From an uncultured delta proteobacterium (GTDB taxonomy: Bacteria > Myxococcota > Myxococcia > SLRQ01), in the NCBI GenBank assembly GCA_963727485.1, contig CAVSGM010000001.1, positions 640,001 through 704,000 of the forward strand: DNA of 64,000 bases, given 5' to 3'. The notes under the pieces are model-generated. The model was not told the DNA's origin. It did no database searches and saw only the letters and a program-made list of their open reading frames with translations. Of the stretch, positions 52,766-62,926 are shown one piece after another (the stretch's first letter is position 1; each line of letters starts with the position of its first letter). A program made the translations under genes and the position numbers.

Positions 52766-55700
52766 CTACGCCCCCTTGTCCTTCCCCGCCGGCGGCGTCG
52801 CCAGCAGCTGATACAGCCGGTACCTGGCCTCCACCTCGGCCTGGGCCTCCTGCTCCAGGCGCTCGGCGATCTCGGGGCGGCTCTGCGTGAGCGACCGGAA
52901 CCGGGTCTCGCCCTTCTCGAACTCCGTGAGCGGCACGCTGGGCGACTTGCTGTCGAGGACCATCGGCGCCTTGCCCGCCTCCACCCGGCGCGGGTCGTAG
53001 TGGAGCAGCGGCCAGTAGCCGGTTTGCACCGCCAGCTTCTGCTGCGACAGCCCGTGGCCGAGGTCCAGGCCGTGGGCGATGCAGTGGGCGTAGGCGAGCA
53101 CCAGCGAGGGCCCGGGGTAGGCCTCGGCCTCGGCGAGGATCTTCACCGTCTGGGCGTCGCTGGCGCCCATGGCGATGCGGCCCACGTAGACGTTGCCGTA
53201 GGCCATGGCCATCAGGGCCAGGTCCTTCTTGCCGGCGCGCTTGCCGCCACTGGCGAACTTGGCCACCGCGCCCTTGGGCGTCGACTTGGAGGCCTGGCCG
53301 CCGGTGTTGGAGTAGACCTCGCTGTCCAGGACGATGACGTTGACGTTCTCGCCGCTGGCCAGCACGTGGTCCAGGCCGCCGTAGCCGATGTCGTAGGCCC
53401 AGCCGTCGCCGCCGACAATCCACACGCTCCGGGGGAGCAGGGTCTCGCAGACCTCGGCCAGGAGCCGGGCGTCGGGGTCAGAGATCTTGCCCAGCCGCAG
53501 GCGCAAGGCCTCAATCTGACCCCGGCGCTCGGCGTATCCGGTGGCGTCGGTGGGGTCCTCGGCGAGGAGGGCGTCGGCCATGCCCTCGGGGAGCTGGCCG
53601 GCGAGCTTCCTCACCAGGTTCACGGCCTGCTGCCGGCGCGCGTCGACGGCCAGGCGCATCCCCAGGCCGAACTCGGCGTTGTCCTCGAACAGGGAGTTGG
53701 CCCAGGCCGGGCCGTGGCCCACCGGGTCCGGCGCCCAGGGCGTGGTGGGCAGGTTGCCGCCGTAGATCGACGAGCAGCCCGTGGCGTTGGCCACCAGCAT
53801 CCGGTCGCCGAAGAGCTGGGTGAGGAGCTTGAGGTAGGGCGTCTCGCCGCAGCCGGAGCAGGCCCCGGAGAACTCGAAGAGCGGGGTGATGAGCTGGCTG
53901 CCCTTCACCGTCTGCACGTTCACCTGGGTGCGCTCGACGTCCGGGAGGTCGACGAAGACCTCCCAGCGCTTCTTCTCCTGCTCGAGCACCCCGCCCTTGG
54001 CGACCATGTTGACCGCCTTGGTCTCGCCGTCGACCCGGTCCACCGCCGGGCAGGCCTCCACGCAGAGCCCGCAGCCGGTGCAGTCCTCCGGCGAGGTCTG
54101 GATGGTGTAGACCCAGCCGTCCGGGAGCTCGCGGCCCCGGAACTTGAGCGACGGGAGCACGCCGGCGTTGCCGTTGAGCTTCGCCGGGTCGTAGGCCTTG
54201 GCGCGGATGGCCGCGTGGGGGCAGACCACCGCACACTTGTTGCACTGGATGCAGATGTCCTCGTTCCAGATCGGGATCTCCTCGGCGATGTTCCGCTTCT
54301 CGAAGCGCGCCGTCCCGGTGGGGAAGGTGCCGTCGGGAGGGAACGCGCTCACCGGGAGCAGGTCGCCCTCGCCGGCGAGGATGCGCGCGGTCACCCGCTG
54401 CACGAACGCCGGCGCCTGCAGGGGCACCATCGCCAGCAGGTCGTGGTCGGCGTCGACCGCCGAGGGTACCGGCACCTCGCGGGTGGCGCCGAGCGCGGCG
54501 TCGATGGCCTTGAAGTTCATCTCCGCGAGCTTGTGGTCCTTCTTGCCGTAGGTCTTCTCCGCGGAGCGCTTCATCGCCGCCACCGCGTCCCGAGAGCGGC
54601 AGCACCCCGCTCACCTCGAAGAACGCCGTCTGCATCACCGTGTTGATGCGCCGGCCGAGGCCCGCCTCCCGGGCGACCTTCCCGGCGTCGATGGCGTAGA
54701 CCTTGAGCTCCTTGTCGAGGATCTCCTGCTGGTAGCTCTTCGGCAGCGAGTGGAACACGTCCTCCGGCGCCACGTCGGTGGCCAGGAGGAAGGTGCCCCC
54801 GCGCCGCGCCCGGGCGAGGATGTCGGTGCGCTCGAGGAACACCGGGTGGTGGCAGGCCACCAGGTCCGCCTCCTCGATGAGGTAGGGCGCGTGGATCGGC
54901 TCGGGCCCGAAGCGCAGGTGCGACACCGTGGTCGCCCCCGACTTCTTGGAGTCGTAGACGAAGTAGCCCTGGGCGGCGTTGGGCGTCTCCTCGCCGATGA
55001 TCTTGATGGTGTTCTTGTTGGCGCCGACCGTGCCGTCGGAGCCGAGGCCGAAGAAGAGCGCCCGGTACACGCCCTCGGGCTCCACCTCGAAGCCCGGCGC
55101 CGGCGGGATCGAGAGGCCGGTGACGTCGTCGACGATGCCCAGGGTGAAGTGCCGGGGCGCCGAGCCCCGGGCCATGGCGTCGAGGAGGCCCCGGAGCATC
55201 GCCGGGGTCAGCTCCTTGGACGAGAGGCCGTAGCGGCCCCCGAGGATCTCGGGCATCCGCCGGGTCTCCCTGGCCTCGGCGAGCGCCGAGACCACGTCCA
55301 GGTAGAGGGGCTCGCCGGTGGCGCCCGGCTCCTTGGTGCGGTCGAGGACCGCCACCTGCCGCACCGACTGCGGGAGCACCCCCAGGAAGTGGGCCAGGGA
55401 GAACGGCCGGTAGAGGCGCACGATCACCGCGCCCACCCGCTCGCCGGCGGCGGCCAGGTGCTTGACCGTCTCGGCGGCGGTCTCGGCCCCCGAGCCCATG
55501 ATCACCAGCACCCGCTCTGCCTGCGGGTGCCCCACGTAGTCGAAGGGGCGGTAGCGGCGGCCGGTGAGCTCGGCGAACTTCGCCATCGCCTTGTCCACGA
55601 TGCCCGGGGTGGCGTCGTAGAAGGGGTTCACCGACTCCCGGGCCTGGAAGAAGACGTCGGGGTTCTGGGCCGAGCCCCGGAGCACCGGGCGGTCCGGGTC

Positions 55701-56324
55701 GAGGGCGCGCTGCCGGTGGCCGTGGACCCAGGTGTCGTCGATCATCGCCCGGAGGACGTCGTCGCCGACCGCCTCGATCTTGGCGATCTCGTGGGAGGTG
55801 CGGAAGCCGTCGAAGAAGTGGAGGAACGGGATCCGCGACTCCAGGGTCGCCGCGTGGGCGATGACCGCCAGGTCCTGGGCCTCCTGGACGCTCGAGGAGG
55901 CCAGGAGCGCGAAGCCCGTGCCCCTCGCTGCCATCACGTCGCTGTGGTCGCCGAAGATCGACAGGGCGTGGGTGGCGACCGTGCGCGCCGCCACGTGGAT
56001 GACCGCCGGGGTCAGCTCGCCGGCGATCTTGAACATGTTGGGGAGCATCAGCAGCAGGCCCTGGGACGCGGTGAAGGTCGTCGACAGGGCGCCGGCCTGC
56101 AGCGCCCCGTGGACCGCGCCGGCGGCGCCGCCCTCGCTCTGCATCTCCACCACCCGGGGCACCTCGCCCCAGAGGTTCGGGCGCTCGCTGGCGGACCAGG
56201 CGTCGGCGTGCTCGCCCATGGGCGACGCCGGGGTGATGGGGTAGATCGCGATGACCTCGGCGAGACGATAGGCGACCGAGGCCGCGGCCTCGTTGCCATC
56301 CAGGGTGCGGAAGATCCGGTTCAT
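52766..56324 (-). CDS. nifJ: Pyruvate:ferredoxin (flavodoxin) oxidoreductase, frameshift near 54590
   Basis: DGNEAAA, AIYPITP, EMQSEGGAAGAVHG, GLGSDGTVGANK, two ferredoxin motifs, FEFSGACSGCGE, GGDGWAYDIG. Confidence 0.95.
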
Positions 56325-56337
56325 GGCGTCCACGGTC

Positions 56338-56354
56338 TGCATCCGATGCGCCAA
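56338..56354 (-). promoter_or_regulatory. Possible sigma54 -24/-12 promoter for nifJ
   Basis: Minus strand TTGG-CGCATCGGAT-GCA (GG-N10-GC); it would leave only a very short leader. Confidence 0.35.
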
Positions 56355-56405
56355 GGTCGCAGCGGACCCAGGGGTGCGGAAATGCAGCCATCGCCCCCAC
56401 GCGAC

Positions 56406-56495
56406 GCGCACCGAATGCGCTCGCGCACCCACCGCTCGCAGGGAATGCGCGGCCCCCACCGGAGGGCCCGTCGTGACGCACCGCGAAATATGCGG
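56406..56495. promoter_or_regulatory. Repeated CGCA-N5-TGCG palindromes, candidate enhancer-binding-protein sites
   Basis: GCGCA-CCGAA-TGCGC (56406), TCGCA-GGGAA-TGCGC (56436), CCGCG-AAATA-TGCGG (56481). Confidence 0.5.
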
Positions 56496-56537
56496 GAACC
56501 GGGGTGCCCCATGCCTGTGGCCACCCACCGCCACCTC

Positions 56538-56553
56538 TGGCACCATTCCTGCG
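56538..56553 (+). promoter_or_regulatory. Sigma54 -24/-12 promoter upstream of fprA
   Basis: TGGCACCATTCCTGCG matches TGGCAC-N5-(T)TGC with exact GG-N10-GC spacing. Confidence 0.6.
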
Positions 56554-56594
56554 GGGGCAGCCCCGACTGCCGATTCCCCCCCGGAGGTGCGCGC

Positions 56595-57995
56595 GTGGCA
56601 AATCCCCTTGGAACCAACGAGAACCCCCTTCGCGTCGCCGTCTTCGGCTCGGGCCCCGCGGGCTTCTACGCCTGCGAGCACCTGCTCAAGCAGGCGGACC
56701 CGGTCGTCTCCGTCGACCTCTACGACAAGCTGCCCACGCCCTACGGCCTGGTCCGCGGCGGCGTGGCCCCCGACCACCAGAAGATCAAGAACGTCACCCG
56801 GCAGTTCGAGAAGACCGCCGGCCGCGACCGCTTCCGCTTCTTCGGCAACGTCGCCTACGGCCGCGACGTGACCCTCGATGAGCTCCTCGGCCGGTACCAC
56901 CAGGTGCTCTTCTGCACCGGCACCGAGGCCGACCGCCGCCTCAAGATCCCCGGCGAGGACCTCCCCGGCAGCCACCCGGCCACCGCGTTCGTGGGCTGGT
57001 ACAACGGCCACCCCGAGTACCGGGACCTCGAGTTCGACCTCTCCGCCGAGTCGGTGGCGGTGGTGGGCAACGGCAACGTGGCCATGGACGTGGTCCGGAT
57101 CCTCGCCCGGCCCATCGCCGAGCTCGAGAAGACCGACATCGCCGACCACGCCCTCGAGGCCCTGAAGCACTCGAAGGTGAAGACCATCTGGCTTCTGGGC
57201 CGCCGCGGGCCCGCCCAGGCGAAGTTCACCAACCCCGAGATCCGCGAGCTCACCGAGATCCCCGGCTGCGATCTCGTCATCCGCCCCGCCGACCTCGACC
57301 TCGACCCCGAGAGCCAGGCCGAGCTCGAGGCCCAGACCACCAAGACCGCCCAGCGCAACCTCGACATCATGGCCGAGGCCGCCGCCAAGGGTGAGGGCGC
57401 CAGCGAGCGGAAGGTCCGCGCCCGGTTCTTCGTGAGCCCGGTGGAGGTGCTGGGCACCGATCGCGTCGAGGGCCTCAAGCTCGAGCACAACGCCCTGGTC
57501 CGCGACGACAAGGGGACCCTCCGGTCCAAGGGCCAGGGCACCTACGAGAGCATCGACGTCCAGCTGGTGTTCCGCTCGGTCGGCTACATGGGCACCGCCC
57601 TGCCGGACCTGCCCTTCGACGACTGGGCCGGCACCGTCCCCAACGACGCCGGCCGGGTCCTCGACCCGAAGGCCGAGGCGCGCCTCCCCCGGCGCTACGT
57701 CGCCGGGTGGATCAAGCGGGGCCCCAGCGGGGTCATCGGCACCAACAAGCCCGACGCCGTGGAGAGCGTGGAGTCCATGCTCGCCGACTTCCGCGACGGG
57801 CTGCCCGCCGAGGCCGGGGCCGTCGACGCCGACCCCGCGGCGGTCCCCCAGTGGCTCACCGACAAGGGCGTGCGCTTCGTGACCTTCGAGGACTGGAAGC
57901 GCCTCGACGCCCTGGAGCTCGAGCGGGGCCAGGCCGCCGGTCGGCCCCGGGTGAAGTACTGCTCCATCGAGGAGATGCTCGCGGCCCTCGCCTAG
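56595..57995 (+). CDS. fprA: Ferredoxin--NADP+ reductase, adrenodoxin-reductase/FprA type
   Basis: GSGPAGFY, GLVRGGVAPDH, FVGWYNGHP, GNGNVAMD, GWIKRGPSGVIGTN. Confidence 0.9.
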   Translation: MANPLGTNENPLRVAVFGSGPAGFYACEHLLKQADPVVSVDLYDKLPTPYGLVRGGVAPDHQKIKNVTRQFEKTAGRDRFRFFGNVAYGRDVTLDELLGRYHQVLFCTGTEADRRLKIPGEDLPGSHPATAFVGWYNGHPEYRDLEFDLSAESVAVVGNGNVAMDVVRILARPIAELEKTDIADHALEALKHSKVKTIWLLGRRGPAQAKFTNPEIRELTEIPGCDLVIRPADLDLDPESQAELEAQTTKTAQRNLDIMAEAAAKGEGASERKVRARFFVSPVEVLGTDRVEGLKLEHNALVRDDKGTLRSKGQGTYESIDVQLVFRSVGYMGTALPDLPFDDWAGTVPNDAGRVLDPKAEARLPRRYVAGWIKRGPSGVIGTNKPDAVESVESMLADFRDGLPAEAGAVDADPAAVPQWLTDKGVRFVTFEDWKRLDALELERGQAAGRPRVKYCSIEEMLAALA

Positions 57996-58008
57996 GCCTT
58001 CGAGCCGG

Positions 58009-58051
58009 CTGCCACCTGGCAAGAGCGCAACCTGCCATCTGGCAGGCGCTC
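58009..58051. terminator. Hairpin between convergent genes
   Basis: GAGCG..CCTGCCA-TC-TGGCAGG-CGCTC stem; a second TGCCACCTGGCA palindrome lies 23 bp upstream; no U-tract. Confidence 0.35.
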
Positions 58052-58058
58052 GGGACCG

Positions 58059-59036
58059 CTACTTGTGGTGGTGCTTGTTGTGCACCTTGAGGGTCCCGCC
58101 CTCGATGCTCGACTCGGGCCCCTTGGGCCCGCCGAAGTCCGAGTCGGCCCAGTGGCGCTCGCGCTCGGCCTTGTCGTACATCACCACCGCCTCCATGGCG
58201 CGGTCGTAGACCTCGGTGAACGCCCGGCGCAGGCGCGCGGAGGCGTGGCCCCGGAGGACGTGCTTCTGGTCCTTGCGTCCGTGGCCCTCGAAGGTGGCGA
58301 GCATCCGGTCCACCCGGTGGGCGAGGCGCCCGTCGGTGCTGTTCACCAGGACCTTCTCGATCTTGCCGTGGTCGTCCATGGCGATGCCCAGGAGCACCTG
58401 GCCCCGGACGCCGGGGAGCCGGGCGTCCACGAAGGCCACGTAGCCGACCTTGTCCTCGGGCTTGAGCTTGGCCACCGCCAGGGGGTTGTCGGGCACCAGC
58501 CGCGCGCCCTCGGGCCCCTGGGTGCCCTTGTAGATGCCCAGCACCGTCCAGGTCTTCTGGTCGTCGGCGAGCGGCTTGTGGTTGAGCTGCTGGTAGCGCT
58601 GCGCCCCCCACTTGTCGATGGTGTAGGCCTTGCCGTAGTACACCGCGGCGTCGGGGAAGAAGTCGGTGACCTCGAGGTGCCGGGAGCCGAGGTAGGCCAC
58701 GATGTCCCAGGCGTCGAGGTCCGAGAGCCCGCTCCCGAAGGCGGGCATGGTGGGCTTGAGGCCCAGGGCCGGCCCGCCCTTCTGGATCAGCGAGAAGAGC
58801 TGCCGGTCGGACACCAGGCTCATCCGCGCCGGGTCGGTGAGGGCCGGGGCCGGGGGCACGGTCTGGATGCGGCCGTGGCCGGCGCCGCCCATGCCGTGGC
58901 AGGAGGCGCAGTGGATGGCGAAGAGCCGGCGACCCTGGACCTGGTCGCCGACCAGGGCCTTGGCGTCACCGTCGGCGTGGGCGGCGGCGGGGACGAGGCC
59001 GAGGACGAGGGCAAACACGAGGACGGTGCGCCGCAT
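58059..59036 (-). CDS. Periplasmic class I cytochrome c with a C-terminal domain reminiscent of FMN_bind
   Basis: AHA signal; CASCH; MPAFG axial Met; GQVLLGIAMDDHGKIEKV. Confidence 0.8.
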   Translation of the reverse strand: MRRTVLVFALVLGLVPAAAHADGDAKALVGDQVQGRRLFAIHCASCHGMGGAGHGRIQTVPPAPALTDPARMSLVSDRQLFSLIQKGGPALGLKPTMPAFGSGLSDLDAWDIVAYLGSRHLEVTDFFPDAAVYYGKAYTIDKWGAQRYQQLNHKPLADDQKTWTVLGIYKGTQGPEGARLVPDNPLAVAKLKPEDKVGYVAFVDARLPGVRGQVLLGIAMDDHGKIEKVLVNSTDGRLAHRVDRMLATFEGHGRKDQKHVLRGHASARLRRAFTEVYDRAMEAVVMYDKAERERHWADSDFGGPKGPESSIEGGTLKVHNKHHHK

Positions 59037-59038
59037 GG

Positions 59039-59947
59039 CTATCGCCTCCAGGGGTGGGACGCGACCTGGGGCCACGTGGAGAGGTCACCGGTGATCGCCC
59101 ACCAGAACTTCACGTGGCACTTGGTGCAGCTGTTCGCCAGGGTGTCGTGCCACTGGGTGCGCACCTGCTTCATCTGGCCGGCCGACGCCGACATCGACAT
59201 CTGGGCCAGGCGCTTCTGGAGGTCCTTGGCCATGGCGTCGTAGCCCGTGGCCGCCACGTGGTAGTTGTCCGGGCAGGTCCCGGGGAGCTTCTTCGCCTGG
59301 GCCGCCAGCGCCGCGATGGCGGAGGTGACGTCGTCCTTGGACGGCCGGCGCTTCGCCAGGGCGTCGCCGAGGAAGCCCGCCGGGTCGGTCATGGGCTTCA
59401 TCGCCTCGGCGGCGGTGGGCCCGGCGCTCGAGGGCATCAGGGGTCCGGTCACCGCCCCGCCCGCCGGCGCCTTCCCGTGGCCCGAGGCGGCGGCGTCGCC
59501 CTGCTTGGGGGTGGCCACGCCCACGCCGATCTTGAACGAGGCCTCGGGGATCTTCCCGTCCCGGCGCTCGAAGGCCAGGGCGTAGACGCCGCGGACGGGC
59601 GGGGTCCAGTGGAAGCCGTAGCTCCCCTGGCCGCCGGCGGGGTGCATGGTGTAGCGCACCGCCGAGCCCGCCTCGCCGTCCTGGGTGACCACCGCCACCA
59701 GGGAGGCGTGCTGCACCGGCACCTGGTCGCCGTAGGTCGGGTCGGCGACCTTGGGGATCCGGTTGAGGTCGAGGGTGATGTCCACCCCGTGCTCCGCCGC
59801 CGGGTGCCCGGGGGCGAGGGTGACCTGGAAGGCGTGGTCGCCCCGGGTGAGCCGGAGCACCGTGGTGTCTCCCTGGGCCGCCCAGGCCAGGCCACCCAGG
59901 CCCAGGCAGGCGGCGGCCACCAGGGCCGTCGTGGTCGCGCGTCGCAT
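59039..59947 (-). CDS. Periplasmic Ig/YtkA-like domain fused to cytochrome c'-type domain
   Basis: Signal peptide; beta-rich N-domain; helical C-domain ending CTKCH. Confidence 0.7.
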   Translation of the reverse strand: MRRATTTALVAAACLGLGGLAWAAQGDTTVLRLTRGDHAFQVTLAPGHPAAEHGVDITLDLNRIPKVADPTYGDQVPVQHASLVAVVTQDGEAGSAVRYTMHPAGGQGSYGFHWTPPVRGVYALAFERRDGKIPEASFKIGVGVATPKQGDAAASGHGKAPAGGAVTGPLMPSSAGPTAAEAMKPMTDPAGFLGDALAKRRPSKDDVTSAIAALAAQAKKLPGTCPDNYHVAATGYDAMAKDLQKRLAQMSMSASAGQMKQVRTQWHDTLANSCTKCHVKFWWAITGDLSTWPQVASHPWRR

Positions 59948-59958
59948 GGTTCCTCCCG

Positions 59959-60972
59959 CTACCCGTTCCAGCTGTTCCCGTGGGACTGGAAGAGCAGCTC
60001 GTCGTCGATGGCCCAGGGTAGCAGCTGGATCGGCAGCGTCAGCTTACGCCCGTTGACGAAGACCGTCGGGGTGCTGTCGAGGCGCAGGCGCCGGGCCTCC
60101 TCGAACTGCTGCTTGACGATGGGCTCGTAGGTGCGGGCGTCGAGGGCCGCGGTCACCGCCGCGCCCTTCAGGCCCACCTGCTCGCCGAGCTTCACCAGCT
60201 CCGCGCGCGAGAGCGCGTCCTGGTGCTCGAAGAGCAGCCCCGCCATCTGAAAGAACTTCCCCCGGGTCTTGGCCATCTCCGCCAGCTCCGCGGCCTCCCG
60301 GGCCTCGGGGTGCATCGGCAGGGGGAAGTTGAGGTAGCACCAGCGCACCTTGCCCTGGTAGTGGGCCACCACCTTGTGGATCAGGGGGAAGGCGTGCTTG
60401 CAGTGGGGGCACTGGAAGTCGGCGAACTCCACCAGGGTCACCTTGGCGTCGGTGGGCCCCTCGCAGCTCTTGGGGTCGACCATGATCATGGCCCGCGCCT
60501 GGGGGTCGAAGCCGCCGTAGTACTGCTCCAGGGCGTTGGACGCCTCGAGGACCGAGAGGCCGCCGCGGACCATGGTCCCGCCGAGCTCCACCATCCGCTG
60601 GGCCAGGAGGCAGGGGTCCTTGGCCGCGAGGCTCCCGGCGAGGGTGGTGGGCTTGCCGCCGCAGGTGCACAGGACGTCCTGGGCCAGCCGGGCGAGCTCG
60701 GCGCGCTGGTGGCCGTCGAGACCCGAGGGGTCGACGTGGGGGAGGGCGGCCTCGAACCCGGCCACCGAGAGGTCGGCGAGCCTGGGCGTCGCGTCGTTCC
60801 CGGCGGTCGCGGCGCCGGTGGCCTTCGCGGGCGCCTCCGTGGGCGACTCCGCGGGTGCCTTCGCCTTCGCCGCCGTGGCAGGAGCCGAGGAGCGGTGGCA
60901 CCCGACCGCCGCCAGGGGCAGGACCACCAGCGCCAGGGCGAGCCCCACGCGCCGCGTCGCCGCGGCCCTCAC
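59959..60972 (-). CDS. DsbA-family lipoprotein (CPHC)
   Basis: AVG-C lipobox; LCTCG; VTLVEFADFQCPHC; NFPL; STPTVFVNG. Confidence 0.88.
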   Translation of the reverse strand: MRAAATRRVGLALALVVLPLAAVGCHRSSAPATAAKAKAPAESPTEAPAKATGAATAGNDATPRLADLSVAGFEAALPHVDPSGLDGHQRAELARLAQDVLCTCGGKPTTLAGSLAAKDPCLLAQRMVELGGTMVRGGLSVLEASNALEQYYGGFDPQARAMIMVDPKSCEGPTDAKVTLVEFADFQCPHCKHAFPLIHKVVAHYQGKVRWCYLNFPLPMHPEAREAAELAEMAKTRGKFFQMAGLLFEHQDALSRAELVKLGEQVGLKGAAVTAALDARTYEPIVKQQFEEARRLRLDSTPTVFVNGRKLTLPIQLLPWAIDDELLFQSHGNSWNG

Positions 60973-61994
60973 TTGGTGGCCCAGCTGTTGCCCTGCTGCT
61001 TGAACAGGATCTCGTCCTGGATGGACCAGACCAGCATCTCGGCGTTGAGGGGCAGGACGTACTTGCGGCCGTTGAGGTAGAGGGTCGGCGTCCCGTTGAT
61101 CCCCAGGGCGTCGCCCTCGGCCCGCTGGGCCTTCACCGGCGGCAGGTAGGTCCCGGCCTTGAGGGCCTGGGGGACCAGCGCCGGGTCGATGCCCACCTGC
61201 TTGGCGTAGTCCGCCAGCTTGTCGCGGGAGAGGTCGGTCTGGTTGGTGAACAGGGTGTTGGCCATCTCGAAGAACTTCCCCTTGGCCCGGGCGAGCTCGG
61301 CGACCTGGGCCGCGTCGAGGGCGTGCTCGTGCATGTGCAGGGGGAAGTTCACGAAGCACCAGCGGACCTTGCCCTTCTCCGCGTCGACCACGTCGTGGAT
61401 CAGCGGCCAGGCGAGCCCGCAGTAGGGGCACTGGAAGTCCGCGAACTCGACCAGGGTCACCGGCGCGTCCTTGGGGCCCTGGCACTGGTCCGGCCAGGTC
61501 TTGACCGGGTGCCGATCGTCGGGGGCGAAGCCGTCGTAGTGCTTCTCCACCAGGTCGCTGACCTCGAGGGCGCTGCCCCCGGCCTCGACCAGGCGCTTGG
61601 TGAGCAGGGCCATCCGCCGGGCCAGCACGCACTTGGGCGACTGCTGCAGGGCGCCCTGGAGGGTGGTGGGGCGGCCACAGTTGCAGATGACGTCCCGGGC
61701 CACCTGGAGCACCGAGGCGCGCTGGTCGCCGTCGAGGCCCCCGGGGTCGATCCCCGGCAGCTTGGCCCGGAAGTCGGCCTCGGAGACCCCGGTGCTCGCC
61801 CCGGCGCCGGCCCCGCTGGCGTCGGCGGCCGCCGGGGCGGCGGGCTTCGCCGGGGCCTTGGCGGGCGGCCCGGAGCCGTCTGCGGCGGCGGCGGGCCGGG
61901 TCTCGGGGGTGGTACAGGAGAACCCGAGGGAGGCGAAGAGACAGGCCCCTACCGTGAGGGTCGCGGCGAAGGCGGTGACGCGACGGCGCTCCAT
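60969..61994 (-). CDS. DsbA-family lipoprotein (CPYC)
   Basis: GFS-C lipobox-like; ICNCG; VTLVEFADFQCPYC; GTPTLYLNG. Confidence 0.88.
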   Translation of the reverse strand: MERRRVTAFAATLTVGACLFASLGFSCTTPETRPAAAADGSGPPAKAPAKPAAPAAADASGAGAGASTGVSEADFRAKLPGIDPGGLDGDQRASVLQVARDVICNCGRPTTLQGALQQSPKCVLARRMALLTKRLVEAGGSALEVSDLVEKHYDGFAPDDRHPVKTWPDQCQGPKDAPVTLVEFADFQCPYCGLAWPLIHDVVDAEKGKVRWCFVNFPLHMHEHALDAAQVAELARAKGKFFEMANTLFTNQTDLSRDKLADYAKQVGIDPALVPQALKAGTYLPPVKAQRAEGDALGINGTPTLYLNGRKYVLPLNAEMLVWSIQDEILFKQQGNSWATK

Positions 61995-62116
61995 TCCAAA
62001 AACTCCAGTATGCACGGGTGCTTGCGGACCAATTGGCCGACGGGGGGCGCATCGTACTATACCCGTCCCGGCAAGGCCAGCCGCCCGCTCCCGGGCCGCC
62101 GTCGCCGCCCGCCGCC

Positions 62117-62884
62117 ATGGACTGGACCCACGCCTACTTCGGCGCCGACTACCCGCGCCTCTACCCCGCCCACCTCGACGCGGCGCGCAGCGCCCGGGAG
62201 GCCCTCGCCGCGGCGCAGATCCTCGGGGTCCGCCCCCCGGCCCGCCTCCTCGACGCCGGCTGCGGCTTCGGCCGCCACGCGGTGCCGCTGGCCGAGGCGG
62301 GCTTCGAGGTGGTCGGGGTCGATTGGGCCGATCCCCTGCTCACCCGGGCCCGCCACGCGGCCAGCGCCGCCGGGGTCGGGGCCCGCTGCCGCCTCCTCAA
62401 CCTCGACTTCACCGCCCTGCGTCCGGCGGACCTCGGGGGCCCGGTGGACGGGGCCCTGTCCCTCTTCGCCAGCCTCGGCTACGGCGACGAGGCCGCCGAC
62501 GACCGCCTCCTGGCGGGCCTCTTCGCCTGCCTGGTCCCCGGGGGACGGATGGTCCTCGACCTCAACAACCACGCCCGGGTCGCCTCCCTCGACGGGGTGC
62601 GGACCTGGGCCGAGCACCAGGCCGGCGACGACCGCTGGTTCGTCCTCGAGGCCTACCGCTTCGACCGGGTGACGCGGCGCCTCGAGGGGGAGCGGGTGCT
62701 GGTCGACCCCGGCGGCGGCGAGGTGAAGCGCTTCCCCTTCTCCTTCCGCAGCTACACCCCGGGCGAGGTGCGGGCGAAGGTCCACGACGCGGGCCTGCGG
62801 GTCCTCTCGCTCTTCGGGGGCTTCGACCGGTCGCCCTTCGACGCCTCGAGCGCCCGGCTGGTGGTCCTCGCCGAGCGGCCGTGA
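62117..62884 (+). CDS. Class I SAM-dependent methyltransferase
   Basis: LLDAGCGFGRH, VVGVD, LFASLGY, LVPGGRMVLD. Confidence 0.9.
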   Translation: MDWTHAYFGADYPRLYPAHLDAARSAREALAAAQILGVRPPARLLDAGCGFGRHAVPLAEAGFEVVGVDWADPLLTRARHAASAAGVGARCRLLNLDFTALRPADLGGPVDGALSLFASLGYGDEAADDRLLAGLFACLVPGGRMVLDLNNHARVASLDGVRTWAEHQAGDDRWFVLEAYRFDRVTRRLEGERVLVDPGGGEVKRFPFSFRSYTPGEVRAKVHDAGLRVLSLFGGFDRSPFDASSARLVVLAERP

Positions 62885-62926
62885 TCCCGCCCGGGCGGCC
62901 GGCGCGCCCGGGTCCCGCGCCGCCGC

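Noticed and set aside
52766..56324. nifJ as evidence of nitrogen fixation or a programmed frameshift
   Set aside because: No nif genes are present, PFOR is widespread, and the break matches the other assembly-type indels
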